From Spongospora subterranea f. sp. subterranea (Eukaryota), in the NCBI GenBank assembly GCA_049724395.1, contig JAUGWO010000122.1:62001-126000 (forward strand): a stretch of DNA of 64,000 nt, in the 5' to 3' direction. Below are positions 40,985 to 55,560 of this stretch, in pieces. Each line of letters opens with the position of its first letter. Position 1 is the first letter of the stretch. Made by a program: the position numbers and the translations under genes. Below the pieces are notes generated by a model, which worked only from the letters and a program-made list of their open reading frames with translations, did not search any database and was not told the origin of the DNA.

Positions 40985-41585
40985 ACTAAACCGTATTATT
41001 GCCTATTTTGTAAATCTTTCAAAGCTATTTACCTCATTCAACCAACTGATGAACTAAATCCGCGGGTTCCCGCTGGACGGAGGACAAAAGCATTCCTTCA
41101 TCGATCGAGGGCCGATCAGATGTAGTCATGCTCTGCTGGAAACAGTCCCAGTTCTGCCAATAAATGCCAATTGCTGACATATGCAAGGAATAACGTATCT
41201 GTGGCTGATTTCCAGAGGGCATTGTTCTTATTTTGACGATTTCTGCATTTTAGAAAAAATACTTGGCATTATCTCTGAAGTGGATGTGCACAGGTTGTGT
41301 TAATTCTCTCTCGCGTCGATCCATGCGTGTACAGTTTTCCTGGTAGGACAGTATACAGATTAACAAAGGTAACACACTGTTGTGAGGGTCGTCCAGTGTG
41401 AATGTGTGATTGCCTGGCACAGTGTACCGGATTCTAACCGGTTACCTGTACGTACTCTAGGGCTATCGTGAATTTAGTGTGAATTTGCTTCTGTCTTCAA
41501 CCGGATGGGTAAATGAGCCTCGCTACTCTCCAAGACATCGCTCATATTTGTGTCATCTGGTTTAATTAAGGAATCGAGAGAATCA

Positions 41586-41831
41586 ATGTTCAGTACCCGA
41601 TATAACCGTGTCGATGAGGCGTCGATTGATGATTCTCCCACCATGTTTCACGTCGCATGTCTGCTGATACCGATCGTCGTCATGATCTGTCTGGAATTAT
41701 TCCTTGGCGATAAGGCTCCGCTATTTGTAAGAGTTTTCCCAACTCTGATTATGTGGGTGTTCGCCGCCTGTCTCGCACATAAATACGTGTTCTCTGCCAG
41801 CAAACGGAATATTCTACCCAAGACTATCTGA
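41586..41831 (+). CDS. Small two-TM hypothetical membrane protein
   Basis: 81-aa ORF with two hydrophobic helices. Confidence 0.45.
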   Translation: MFSTRYNRVDEASIDDSPTMFHVACLLIPIVVMICLELFLGDKAPLFVRVFPTLIMWVFAACLAHKYVFSASKRNILPKTI

Positions 41832-42947
41832 AAACGATTTACTAAAACTCGCTACTAAAACTCGCTTTCAAGTAAATCATATACCTAGTAAATAGTCATC
41901 ATTTCGATGAAAAGTTTCAAGAGTGTACTCACAGCTACAACGGGCCTGAAGTAGTTTCTGATTTTGTGACACCTTATCATGATTTTATACATAGATGAAT
42001 TTCGCAACAAAGTGCAATGTTCTGACGAAGCGATTGTTCTACGAGAAGAAAGCAAACCTGTTTGAGTTTTATCTGGTTGTGATAAAAACATGATTTTGGA
42101 GCCCTGACTATATTGATGTCGCATAAACATTTTTCATGGCCAATGTTACTTTTTTCGCGAATCTTTGCCAGATTAATGTTCGAGAAACAAGTGAAGTTTT
42201 GAAATACAATTGGAATATTGAATGACACTACAGGTTGAGCGAAAAGGCTTTAACAACCTTGATTTGGCTGATAAGCAGTGGAAATCGACTTGTTCGCACC
42301 GTTCTCAATGTTCGGGTCTGTAACCCTTTCATTACTGCTCAATAGGAATGAAAATTGTTGGATGCCTCATGTTTGAACAATTCAAGCGGACGATGGCGAC
42401 CAATTCTACAATGACTCCAATAATTTTCAACACTGGTCCCTAAAGGTTAAGAAAATTGTCTAGAATCGTCATTAATTTTGGTAATGATCGGATCCTTGAG
42501 CTCATGCGCTGAAAAGGATCCCGATCAAGCAAAGGCCAAGCCTAGGGTTGTACCAGCAGCCACGATGCCACTCGTGCTCCATTCGGAACTCAAAAAATCT
42601 CTTCTTTAATTGTTGTCCAACAATTCCGGGCATAGTTAACCGAATTCGCGTCCATGCTCACGATCAACATTCCGTTGTCGTGACCCTACAGTTTCCCGAT
42701 GTCGAATTATGGAGAACCGATGGTTCGCCGGTAGGTTTGTGGGGGGGGCAATCGTGGGTTGCTCAAGACGCTTCAGTCACTCTTCGGTCGGTACTTGGAC
42801 AGTTCGCTGGCAGTTCTGTTACTGCTGCAATCGGGCCAGTCTGTGACATTATGACTAGCCACAAACTGGGGAACAGTCAACCCTCGACACAGGCACACAG
42901 TCCAGATCCTAGGACCCTGGACCGCCAGAAACCGGCCTGCCCTGGGT

Positions 42948-44519
<1,572 letters not shown>

Positions 44520-44761
44520 ACGTATATTTTAAAAACATATTGGGCCGCCATCGATACCGGACGGCGTGCGCTCCTCATAAATTATATACCAACGACAAAC
44601 CGTTTAATCGAATCGATAATAACGATTTATTTAGATTTCTGTTTTCGACCATGTTTCATAAACCAAGGAAAACCTGGACCAATATAAGTTTGATAAGTTG
44701 TCGCTGTGCTGCCACAAGCAAAATATGAAATTATCGTACGATTTATTCGGTTTTGTTGATT

Positions 44762-45208
44762 TTACAAAGTGATGGCGGCGACGATGGTTAAAATGAGTAC
44801 GGCAACATGGATCATTGACGTTGCGGATCCGCTGCCGTTCTTCTTCATGGCGGCATCTTTTGAGGTCGAGTTCCCATAGCTGCTGCTGGTGGCGTTAACG
44901 TAACCGGACGTCGGGACTGGGCTCGGTACGGCGTTATAGTCCGCCCCTTTCGCAGGTGCACTCGTCTTGGCCGCGCCCGGAGTGTTTTCGTCAGAGCATT
45001 TGCCCTCTTTGGCGAAATTGATCGCATTGTTGGCGCAATATTCGGTGAAGAATTTGCAGTGATTCAGGTAAGTCTTGCCATCGGTTCCGCAGATATAGGC
45101 GACTTCATCTGTGCAGTTAAATGGCCCATCCTCACATTTATACATTGAATCGGCAGCCATGGCGCCATACGCCAATAGTAGCGCCATTAAAATATAGGGC
45201 GATACCAT
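44762..45208 (-). CDS. Secreted Kazal-type serine protease inhibitor with Ser/Thr linker and GPI-like C-terminal signal
   Basis: Signal peptide; 6-Cys Kazal C..FNCTDEVAYICGTDGKTYLNHC......C..........GKC; hydrophobic C-terminal tail. Confidence 0.9.
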   Translation of the reverse strand: MVSPYILMALLLAYGAMAADSMYKCEDGPFNCTDEVAYICGTDGKTYLNHCKFFTEYCANNAINFAKEGKCSDENTPGAAKTSAPAKGADYNAVPSPVPTSGYVNATSSSYGNSTSKDAAMKKNGSGSATSMIHVAVLILTIVAAITL

Positions 45209-45946
45209 TATTTTAGATTAGAGTCGCTGTAAATAATGACAATAAATGTGATAAATGAGGTCCTAAGATATATATGGGTGAATTCTGACGTGACGCCAAG
45301 CCCTTCTCACAATTACAGTTGACTCACCCGCTTTTCAAGTGACATTCTCCCAGTGACTCAAACGATTCAAAACAGCCACTACAATGAGCTTCTCGCGAAT
45401 AAAAAATGAACCGTTTTAATAGACCATGAAAATTTCAATTAACGAGTGCAAAATTTGACTGGATTCTAATCAACAACTCCAGTGTTCACGCGAGCACATT
45501 GATGTCCGTGATTGAGTAGCAAATCATAAACAAAGACGATTATCGCTAGCCAGTACCGAGGCAATACGTACTCTTTGGAACACTCGGCAACTACTCAAAA
45601 TCTTGACATGAGCCGACCGAGATTTCCATAGGTCCCACTGAGATCATGTTTGGGGTAATGTTCAATGAAAGATTGTGAAACAAAGTCCATCCCCACTGCC
45701 AAAAAGATATTCCAGATACAGGACGAGATGGGCAAAGGGTCGGGACTGCATGATTTGAGAAAGGCCGTGGTGTAAAAGCTCAAGCCCATCGACCCTGCGG
45801 TACATAAACATTCCGGACTTATCAAGACGCATGTCCGCTGATTTCGGAGCTTATTCAGTTGCATTTTTTAGCAAGACGCTTATTTATTCAAAATCCAATG
45901 TCAGGCGAATTGACTTTGTGATGCGACCATCTATTGAACGCTCAGA

Positions 45947-48786
45947 ATGATGGCGATTTACGGGCGGTCTACATCCGCTGCCCTATCTGCAGTTAGGCGG
46001 TGTAACACATCCTCATTACGTCTGTCATGCCGCATCCCACGCTACGCTATCACATCTCGTCCGCTGTGTGCCGCCGTAAATCATGCTACCAGCCCGATCT
46101 CACTGGATCACGTTCGACACTGTAGCAGAGTGATGAACGTATTATGCCGTATTCCGTGTTACTCTATTTCACACCGCTCCGTATCCATTGCTCGTAATCA
46201 TGCCAAACGTTGCCTCGCTGCAGCGGCTGATGCTGATAGAATGTTGAACCTGCCCAGCTCGGGTACGGTTCGCGAATTGGAAGATCATGCTGTGCAAGGG
46301 TATCCCGCTTCCCGAATCGGATGGTCGACGTTGGCACTGGCACGGCCTGAAATGAATCTAATTGTTGGTGGTACAATGGCAATGTTGGTAGGAACTGTCA
46401 CTCAGTTGGCGATTCCGGTTGGGTTTTCACAAATGGTTAGTTTTTTACGTAAGTTCATATGTTTTGGGTCAGAGCGTTGTTTAGGTTGATGGTGCCTCGA
46501 CAAGTTCAACACATTCGCTGCCAGCTTATCTTCCTGCGATTCCTGATGTATTGTAGTTTTACGCTTACTTTGCTATGCTAGTCAAGTCTTAAAGTTCAAT
46601 TAAGGTTCTTTCTTCAATCTCTTTACCTTCGGCGCTTGCTACGCTTTTTTTAATCGCAAGCGTCGCCAACGCTGCACGTATTCAGTGCTTCGCCCTAGCC
46701 AGTGCCAGGCTAGTGCTACGTGTTCGTCAACAACTTTTTGACAAGGTTCGTATCCAATCTACGTTAATATTTGAGAACTGATCATAGGTTTCACAGTTTT
46801 TAGCACAACCTGTACCGTTTTTTGACAGAAATCGTCCAGGAGATCTAGTGACTCGTCTTTCTAATGATGTGCTTGGTTAGCTGATGGCTTTCAGACTTGG
46901 ATTACTTTTGACGTTTCTCAAGTGATGGGTAACGCCATTTCTGGTGAGACATTGGCTAATGGAGGCAGATATAGCTTACAATTGGTGTCGACGTCGGCAA
47001 TTATGTTTTATATTTCTCCGGTTCTTTCGTCCGTGCTATTAGGTAAGTCCTTTGGGGGTTGTTTCGCCGATGTTTGATTCTTATATACGGTCTAGGCGTT
47101 GGGCCGGCTATCGCGGCTTCAGGCTTTTTTTATGGTCGTTACGTAAAACGAGTAATCCGTTACACTTTTGCCGGTACTTGTTGTTGAATTCTGTAGATTA
47201 GTAAAGCTGTACAAGCACGTTTGGGGGAGGCATCTTCCACGGCAGAAGAAAAATTTAATGCAGTGCGAACTGTGAAAGCTTTTGTAATGGAAGATTATGA
47301 ATCTCACGTCTTCAACCAGTCTCTGCAAGATGTCTATCGCTGTAATGTAAGCTTTTGTCAATTTGTTGTGATTTTTTGGTCAGATTTTTGCGTTGTAGGT
47401 TCGCGCAGCCAATGCCTCATCTGTATTTAATCTATTCACATCCTTCATCGGCAACGCATCATTGCTTTCAGTCTTATCATATGGCACCTATTTGATTCAA
47501 ATTGGACAATTGACTCCCGGGCAACTTACTGCATTCGGCTTATGTAAGCTTTAAATTAATTGATTACAACATAATTCCGATTTCGCTAACAGATACTCTT
47601 TATTTCGGGATGTCGATCGTGGGATTGTCGAAGTTTTATGGCGAATTTATGAAAGGAGTCGGTTCCTCTCAGCGGGTTCTTCCTTTTCTACAAAGTGCCT
47701 CTTCAACAGGTTTCACGTCCTCGTCAATCACTGTAAAATATTCATCAATGGAGCAGAGTCAACCCGCGTCGTACCAAATAAATGCTTTGGTGGCGTTGAG
47801 TTTCGTAATGTTTCGTTTAGTTATCCGACGCGTCTTAATACCAAAATATTAAGTCTGCACCACAATTATTGAATCGCGTCAATCTGATACGCCGCAATAG
47901 ATGAAGTTTCAGTGACTATTGAGCCGAATTCTATAGTTGCTCTGGTCGGACAAAGGTGGATAATGGATAATATGTCCTGTCAGTTAGTATTTGGTCTTAT
48001 CGTTTCGTAGTGGAAGCGGCAAATCGACTTTCGCATCATTGCTTCTAAAATTCTACGATGTCAACGCCGGTCAAATCTTGCTGGATGGAATTTCAATCGC
48101 AGAGATCGATACTGAGTGGTTGCGCAAACACATTGGTACAAATTTGCTTGTTTTCTCACGTTAATATGATGGTGACCCTACTTTAGGCATAGTCAGTCAA
48201 GATCCAGATGTATTCCATGGAACAATAGCCGACAATATCCGTTATGGGATGCTATCTGCCTCAAATGAACATGTCGTTGAATGTGCACGAGCTGCAAATA
48301 TAGACTTTTTCATCCAGTCTCTTCCAATGAAATATGATACGGTAATATTACTCAAGTGTTTGAGCAGAAAGTAATAATGGTATCGACTAATAGATTATTG
48401 GACAAAACGGCGTGGATTTGTCTGGTGGTCAGAAGCAGAGATTAGCGATTGCCCGAGCAATTTTGAAAAATCCAGGTATTCTAATATTGGACGAAGGTGA
48501 GAATGGCTCTCAGTTTAATTGGATTCATCTTCATTTTCGCAATTTAGCGACAAGCGCGTTGGATGCTCAAAACGAAAAGCTTATCAATAATGCGCTTGCA
48601 AAGCTAATGTCTAAGAGAACAACCATCCTGATTGCTCATCGACAGAGTACATTTTGTCAGGCGGATAAAATTGTACTTCTTCGCGACGGTCATGTATTCA
48701 GCGTTGGGTCTCATACTGAGTTAAAGGCAGACCCTTCCGAGATTGGCGACTATTATCGTAATCTAATACAGTTGTCTCAATCTTGA
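45947..48786 (+). CDS. Mitochondrial ABCB10/MDL1-like ABC half-transporter, many exons
   Basis: Arg/Ser-rich presequence, LARPE, [62 protein letters not shown], IAHR. Confidence 0.92.
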
Positions 48787-48869
48787 CAGAGGGTTTGGGA
48801 ATGCGTACGTTTAGCGACAATTCCTTCTTTGCAAAAAATAAAACAACGGTCTATATGTATACTTGAACT

Positions 48870-50378
48870 TTATTTAGAGGACGTTGTTGGAATATTAAAA
48901 AGTGAAGTTAGTTCCGATGTCGGGCCTGCGGCGGTGACGAAAGGATGGCGAAACAGTTCATTTAATGTCGGACGCTGAATTGTGACTTTTTAAGGGGACA
49001 CTCAACTAGTGAAAATGTCATTATTACCTGTTCGGGGTTTTTTTGTAAACAGATTTCGACGAAATTTTTGAACTGAGGTGAAAATTGGTCCCCAGTAAGT
49101 CGAGGAGGCGGCGCATTCGGAATTGTAGTGATCAACCGGATTGGAACCTAAAGCGATCATGCGGCAATAAACGATCATTTTAAGAAGGGTAAAGGCAACA
49201 AATTTTACCATGCCAGAATTGGGGGGTTTCCCAAGCGCCATTTCGATGCATGTTATACCAAGGGACCATATATCGGCCTTTCCATCGTAACCGCCCCCAG
49301 TGTTATCCTGCATCATGACTTCTGGGGCCATCCACCATGGACTACCTAGAGCAATGTCAACGCAAAGCGCAGCGTGGATCTCATTCTGAACATACCCACG
49401 AAGGTATGACATTTCGTCACTGTATCTGTTAATTGGCCAGATGCGCCGAAGTCAGCCAATTTGACTGCTCCTTTCTCTGACAGAAGGATATTCGCCGCTT
49501 TGATATCCTAATAAGAATGAAAAAGCGAAACTTTCCCCCAAAGAAGAAATATCGCTCACCCTGTGAATACGATTTTCTGAAAATAAATACCTCAGTCCGC
49601 ACAGAACTTCTCTGCAAATAATTCGAATGTGAGCTTCGCTCAGAGTTTTTACTTTGATCTGACAGATATCGATTTAGATTTGGGGTTTGATTGGTAAAAG
49701 GGCAACGGCGGAACCTTATCGTGAACCGATCCTCCAGAAACATACTCCATGATTATCCAGAGCTTGCTGCCTTGGACAACGGAGCCTTTATATCCGACTA
49801 ATTGCTGGCACACCTGAACAACAGAAGCAGGATCAACAACCAATAGGTCTTGGAAAGAATCAAACTACTTGTCCTTCACTGAGAGCGAGAATTTCCCGTC
49901 GTATTGTCTGAATATCGTCTTGGGATGTCTGCGAACCGCACGATCAACCTCTGGACACAACAATGTTCATACACCATGATTACCTCTAGATCTATGACCT
50001 TGATAGCTACCACTTCTTGTGTTTTCCGCTTTATCCTACAAAAAAACTGATTAGCAATGGAAAAAACGGGACTCATCCTGCATTACCCTTTGTAGACTTC
50101 ACCAAAGGCGCCGCCGCCAATTTTACCAAGTTTGATGAACTCGCAATCTTTATAGTGGTCTTCTAACGCTTTTATCGCCTTCTTCTTCTTATCAACAGAT
50201 CCGGTTTCCAGCGCTTCCGCAATATCCTAACCATGAGAGGCGTGATTACCAGGTTATCGAAAAACAAATCGGTGCTTTCAGGGCGTACTTGTCGGATAAA
50301 TGGCATATATTCAGGTTTAAAACTAAACTGTGTCTGAAAGCGGTTGGCGATGGCATCCTCGGACAGCTCCGATGCCAT
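48870..50378 (-). CDS. STE20-family (GCK-III/MST3-like) Ser/Thr kinase, multi-exon
   Basis: [77 protein letters not shown]. Confidence 0.92.
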
Positions 50379-51059
50379 TCGGAACGATTCCTAACCGAAT
50401 AGCAGATCGAATGACGATTTTCTAGGCGGGAATTCTCCAAAACCAGTCTGTTCCTGCGAGATCAGATTATCTTTTTACCTGGGCCAGTCCAGATATAGTA
50501 CACTATTATATGACGCAAGAGGCAATAAATGATCGCAGACGCGCGAGATTGACGGTACAGTCGTATCCTCAAGCAGTCCTCAGTTGCCGAATGGCCAACG
50601 ATCTCGAAATCTAAACTACTCAATTGAGTATCGACCATTATAAAAGTGACGCTGGGAATGGCGCCAGTCCGATCCTTTTTTCTTCCCTTCGTGGTGAATG
50701 CGGATCCCGCGTAAAAGCGCACCCTTATGTGTTGCGATTCGAAACCAGTTGATTTTTATCTGGTCCGTCTCGTCTCAGTCAAATATAATGTGTGGCAACA
50801 ATAGAGGCTGATCGCCATCAGAGCACCAGTAAATCCCATGGAGATGTCGTCCTTTGTGCAGCGATTTCGGGGCGTATGAACCTGAAACTATCCCTCAAGC
50901 GAGGTGGTTTTTCTGTTTGAGGCATAAAACCGGCAGTGAGCCGCTGCCCGGTGACACTAATAAAGATCAAAAGCTAGGTCCGTAAATATAAAAAGCTAAT
51001 CTGTACTTCCCCTGCCCGATAAATCCATATTTTTCGTTGATTGGTTGACGCATACTCGA

Positions 51060-51760
51060 GGGTGTTGTTCGCAAGTGACGAAGAAGTTCTCCCTTTATGT
51101 ATCACTTGATAGTGTTTGGGTCGTGCATGCTTGAACGTGTTAAGTATTGAAAGATCGATGTAGGCTTCTGAAAAGTTCTGAATTGAAGCCGGTGGTCGAG
51201 CTTGAAGGCGGTTACTAGAAAATCCACCGAAGTATAACTTTCGTTAAAGGTTAAATCGATACATTCGATGAAATCATTCATGTTGACACAAACGAAATAG
51301 TACGCTTCGATGTTCCAAATCATGAATATGTCATTAATAATGAAGACATTGAGGAGCGAATACGTCGTCGAAAGCGTCTACGTAAATAGAAGTTGGCGCA
51401 GATTTTTGCAACGTTGGTTCCCATCGTTATTCCATCCTTCTGCCTGTAAATATTCGGGCCGTAGCAACATAGTTATTAGTATTACAAATAAAGCGAAGCA
51501 TTTTTAAGTGAATAGGATCCATGTGGTGTTCTGGATGACTTCATATAAGCGGTTGAGCTTCATATTCGCGTAAAGACTGCTAACGTCGGCAGTAACAGGC
51601 ACATGCTCGTCTGGAATCACGATGTTTTCCGATTGATTGATCAGTGCCTCGGAGTTCTTCATTGTATTCACGTAAAATCCTATTCGCGCTTCGTTCAATC
51701 TGATGAAAACACTGCGACCAATCTTGGTGATCGTTCTCCAAGTCCCGGTTCCCAATTCAC
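51060..51760 (-). mobile_element. Degenerate Penelope-like retroelement reverse-transcriptase fragment
   Basis: VTADVSSLYAN, MGTNVA, DIFMIWN, VDFL, TFQKPTSIFQYLTRSSMH..TIK*YIKGELLR, with stops and frameshifts. Confidence 0.75.
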
Positions 51761-51906
51761 CGCAACGGCTCCCGCCGGCGCCGACCTACAGCAAAATATT
51801 TCTTGGTTCAATATAGAATCAGAGTCAAGGGACGCGCGGGTGCATTCGGGGCGATCATTCTGTAAACGGGGGGCCATTTCTCATTTCGTTAAACTTGCAT
51901 TTTACC

Positions 51907-52850
51907 ATGTCGGAACAGAATAGATTTGAAGGTCCCAGACAACGTTTGGGTATTGAATGCCCGCGGATTAGCAGAACCTATCCGATCGATTCTACGTAAG
52001 AAGTCGGAGCGACTTTTTTCGTAAGAGGGCCCCTGATTGATTTTCACGTTTTCCGTAGACTATTCGAAAACCCCATTCCATGATCGCCGATTTAATCTGA
52101 AAGGGGAACGTCCTGTGTTCGACTACTCAGAATGTACAGATGAGAAGCAAATATTGGGTTTGGATTTCCCATATCTAGTTGACTGGAACGTCAAAATCAC
52201 CCAATCAATGGCGATCCTGACATACGTTGCCGAGTAATGATTATTGCTATTGCTCTATACGGATCCCCTGTTGATTGTATTATTAGAAAGCGCAATGTAT
52301 GTCGGTACTGTACTCTCCAGAGGAACGCGCCAGAATTGATATGATCGCGTTCGAGATCGCCGACTCCCCGACGACAAAAATACGTCGTGCTCTTGGTTTG
52401 ACTTGCTCCATAGAAGCATTCTGCAAGGAGACAGTCCCGCAGGTTTTCAAAAAGTTTTCAGACTTTATGAAGAGCATTAGATCGCGGGCGGCCAGATTCG
52501 CGAGGATCGACACGTCTGCCATATTGAAAATTTGGGGATGTTTTGATGATTTTGAGTCTGTCACAGATTTTTTGCCATACGAGATGATTCAGCAATACTC
52601 CACATTCGGTGCTCATGCTGTGGAACTTTTGAAAAATTGCCCAGTTTTGCAAGCGATTCACAGCAATTTCTGCGATCGCCGCATACTCAACTCCCCAATT
52701 ACCGGAGCGTTCCTTTCACAGGTAAGGTGGCTTATTTTGCCAATATATAGTGTGAAAAGAGGTATCTAAGCCTAACACAAGGTTTGCGCTGGTACTGGTT
52801 AGAACTTTGGCCCAGAGTTTTTCATTGATTGTCCCATCCGGAAGATGTAG
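51907..52850 (+). pseudogene. Mu-class-like glutathione S-transferase, apparently disrupted
   Basis: GY(W)NARGLAEPIRSIL needs a 1-nt insertion; EKQILGLDFP-YLVDWNVKITQSMAIL lacks the usual NLP; EERARIDM. Confidence 0.7.
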
Positions 52851-53996
52851 TTTTAATTGCATTTCAATATCCAGTTGATAATATTCGATATGTTTAATAT
52901 AGCATCCTTTGCTGCCAACGACGAAGCTTCAATTTCGCTCTAAAGTAAACCGCTGATTCATGATTTTAATCTGATTCCAATGAAGTAACTGTAAAATCGT
53001 GTTGTTTTAGCGAACAAGGAGAGGGGGAGGGAAGACGAACCCTTGGCATCGATTACTGGTCTGTGTGTCCAATCATGGCGAACGGTTTCAATGGCCGTAT
53101 CTGAGGTCTGTGTTCTTCGGCGATAGCAAAATTATCGAAAGTAATGGTTTACTATTTCTAGTCATCCGATGATTTGTTTTCAAGACAATCAAGTTTGGGC
53201 ACAGCGCCACGACATGTGCCGGGTCCGACGTCATCAGGATAGCCACTCGTCGTTTAGGATTTGTTATCTGATAGCCTGGTCTTTCAAGCTTTGCCGTTAT
53301 CGTCAGCAAGTACGGTGTCATTCGGAAGCTATGTGATGGACGTGGCGATGCGGATTCAATATTCATATCGGTTCTGGTCAACCATTTACGTCCTGTTGAT
53401 CACCTAAGGCAACATCCGGGAACAGAGCGCCTTTTTGTTCAAACCCAATTTGTAATTGTGAGGCATGATTCACCGTCATCATGATTTGGAAATAAATTAC
53501 CGATGGTCTCAATGTCATTGAGGATACTGTCGATTCGACGAATGAATCTCCCTGCAGAACTGCTGCTCATACTCATTGTCACAGCAGCGCCTCATGACGT
53601 AACAGGCTCTAATCGCGAGACAAGATAATCAAATGAACTGGGCAGGCATCGAAAACATTTTGTAAACGCAGTTTTCGATGCTGAGCAACGAGTCAAAGAA
53701 TGATGTTCGCATGCTAGTTTGCGTTAGAGGAACCCTGATCGGTCGACCATCAACGCTCCCGATGTTGACGGAGGTGTCCATTGTTATTCCTGAAATTGTT
53801 TTCAAACGGTCCACTAGTTTTTGGTGTGTCTCATAGCCAGACAGACCCAGCCCTAGATTAATTCAACGGACGAGATGAACAGAGAAACCACACACCCAAG
53901 ACATTTTATCAAACATGAACGCGACAGAGGATGTCTCAAAATAGTCATCGTTAGATCAAAATGCACCGATCAACGGTTTCATCACTGATGAGAGGG

Positions 53997-55137
53997 AACG
54001 CGAAATGGTCAAGACCATGATCACCCTAATGGTGGATCCAATCATGGCCCACCGGCACCCAGCGCGCCAAACCGACTATACGAAAGCTCGAAAGCACAGT
54101 CAAGTAAGAACGATGTGACTTTCAGGGAAATGTTAATGACAAAACTACGGGCGCACAAGTTGGGACAAGGCGTCATCGATTCAGTTTCGCAATGCCCCTT
54201 CCTGTCGCGTGCATCTTCGCTCGACCGTAATCGGTTTTTTTGGTGGTGTCATGCGGTGCAACAGGTTTGGATCGTTGACGATTGTTGTAGTGGCGTCAGA
54301 GTCGATGATGTACTCCAAAAACCCGACATATCTAGTGTTGCCATCGCGTGTTCGTCCTGCACGGAATACATGCATTCATCGAGCAGTTCTTGCTCTAGTG
54401 GAATCTCGGCATTGTTTGCGATATTGCTCGCCTCCTGTTGTGTCACCTTTTTGGACCAGCATCGGATCGCGCGTCGAAGAGAAGAGACTATACAGGCGCA
54501 TCAGGCAGCTGAAACACGGTCAACGAACTACAGCGACAACCGAACAAGTGACAATTTTTGTGCGAAACTTTGCCATATTATTCGGCATTGTTCAGTTGAG
54601 TGACCTGTCCGTGTGTACACATTTCACAGTTCAGTTGTCGCTGTAGTGTCGCTGCCTGATGCGCCTGTGGCAGTCTCTCCTCTTCAACGCGCGATCCGAA
54701 GCTGTTTATATAGTAAGGCCAGCGTTTTAACTGCGATAGCCGTTGCAACTAATAGGTTGGCTTGATTTCGTTGGACGCTGACTAGGTTGATCCATAGGCC
54801 ATCGATTCCATTTTCATCGCCGTTATGTGCAGTGATCCCACGATGTTGGTGTGCGATCTGTTGCTCTCGGGACATATCGCCGCAAGCGTTTACAGCCTTT
54901 GCGATTATCGACTGGAACGTCGCCAGGTGTTCGTCGACATCGATGACGCCTTGTCTCAACTTGTGCGCCCGTAGTGTTGTCATCAACGTCTCCCTGAAAG
55001 TCACATCGTTCTTATTTGACTGTGCTTTGAGAATTCGTATAGTCGGTTTGGCGTGCTGGGTGCCGGTGACACTGATTCTAGGGCCATGACTGGATCCACC
55101 ATTAGGGCGATCATGGTCTTGGAACACTTCGCGTTCT
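53997..55137. repeat. Nested inverted repeats (outer arms 53997-54180 / 54939-55137; inner arms ~54458-54555 / 54620-54703) made of LTR-retroelement gag-like sequence
   Basis: Arms align directly as reverse complements; the - strand reads LRQGVIDVDEHLATFQSII...GDMSREQQIA (gag-like). Confidence 0.85.
54181..54375 (-). mobile_element. Copia-like aspartic protease fragment
   Basis: YIIDSDATTTIVND resembles the copia WIIDSGAT motif. Confidence 0.55.
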
Positions 55138-55269
55138 GTTAGACAGAGAGATACCCTTTCTAGGTGATTTGGATCGTCGACGCTAGTGTCTTTGGCGCCC
55201 TAAGTTGGCAATCACTTTCTAGGTGACTGATCAGCTGTGGGAACGGGGCCAATAATGTCCTAATTGTCG

Positions 55270-55560
55270 AAACTGAAGGCGATTAACCCTTTCCCATATA
55301 TTTACCTTACCTTCCCTAATCGGTCCGTAACGCAGCTTTTTTTGCCCATTACTCATTACTCGTACAACTACTCCTCTATTGCACGAATTTGATCAGATTA
55401 AGAGTCCCGACTCCGCGAGATGACAACAGAGCAGGAGGAGGCATTGCTGATCAAATTCGTGCAATAGAGGAGTAGTTTTATTCAGCAAAAAAAGCGGCGT
55501 GACGGACCGATTAGGGAAGGTAAGGTAAATATATGGGAAAGGGTTAATCGCCTTCAGTTT
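55270..55560. repeat. Near-perfect inverted repeat (76 bp with 2 mismatches, plus a 31-bp perfect inner stem)
   Basis: 55270-55345 pairs with 55485-55560; 55366-55396 pairs with 55447-55477. Confidence 0.95.

Noticed and set aside
53088..53835. Minus-strand ORF fragments
   Set aside because: Interrupted and without recognisable homology
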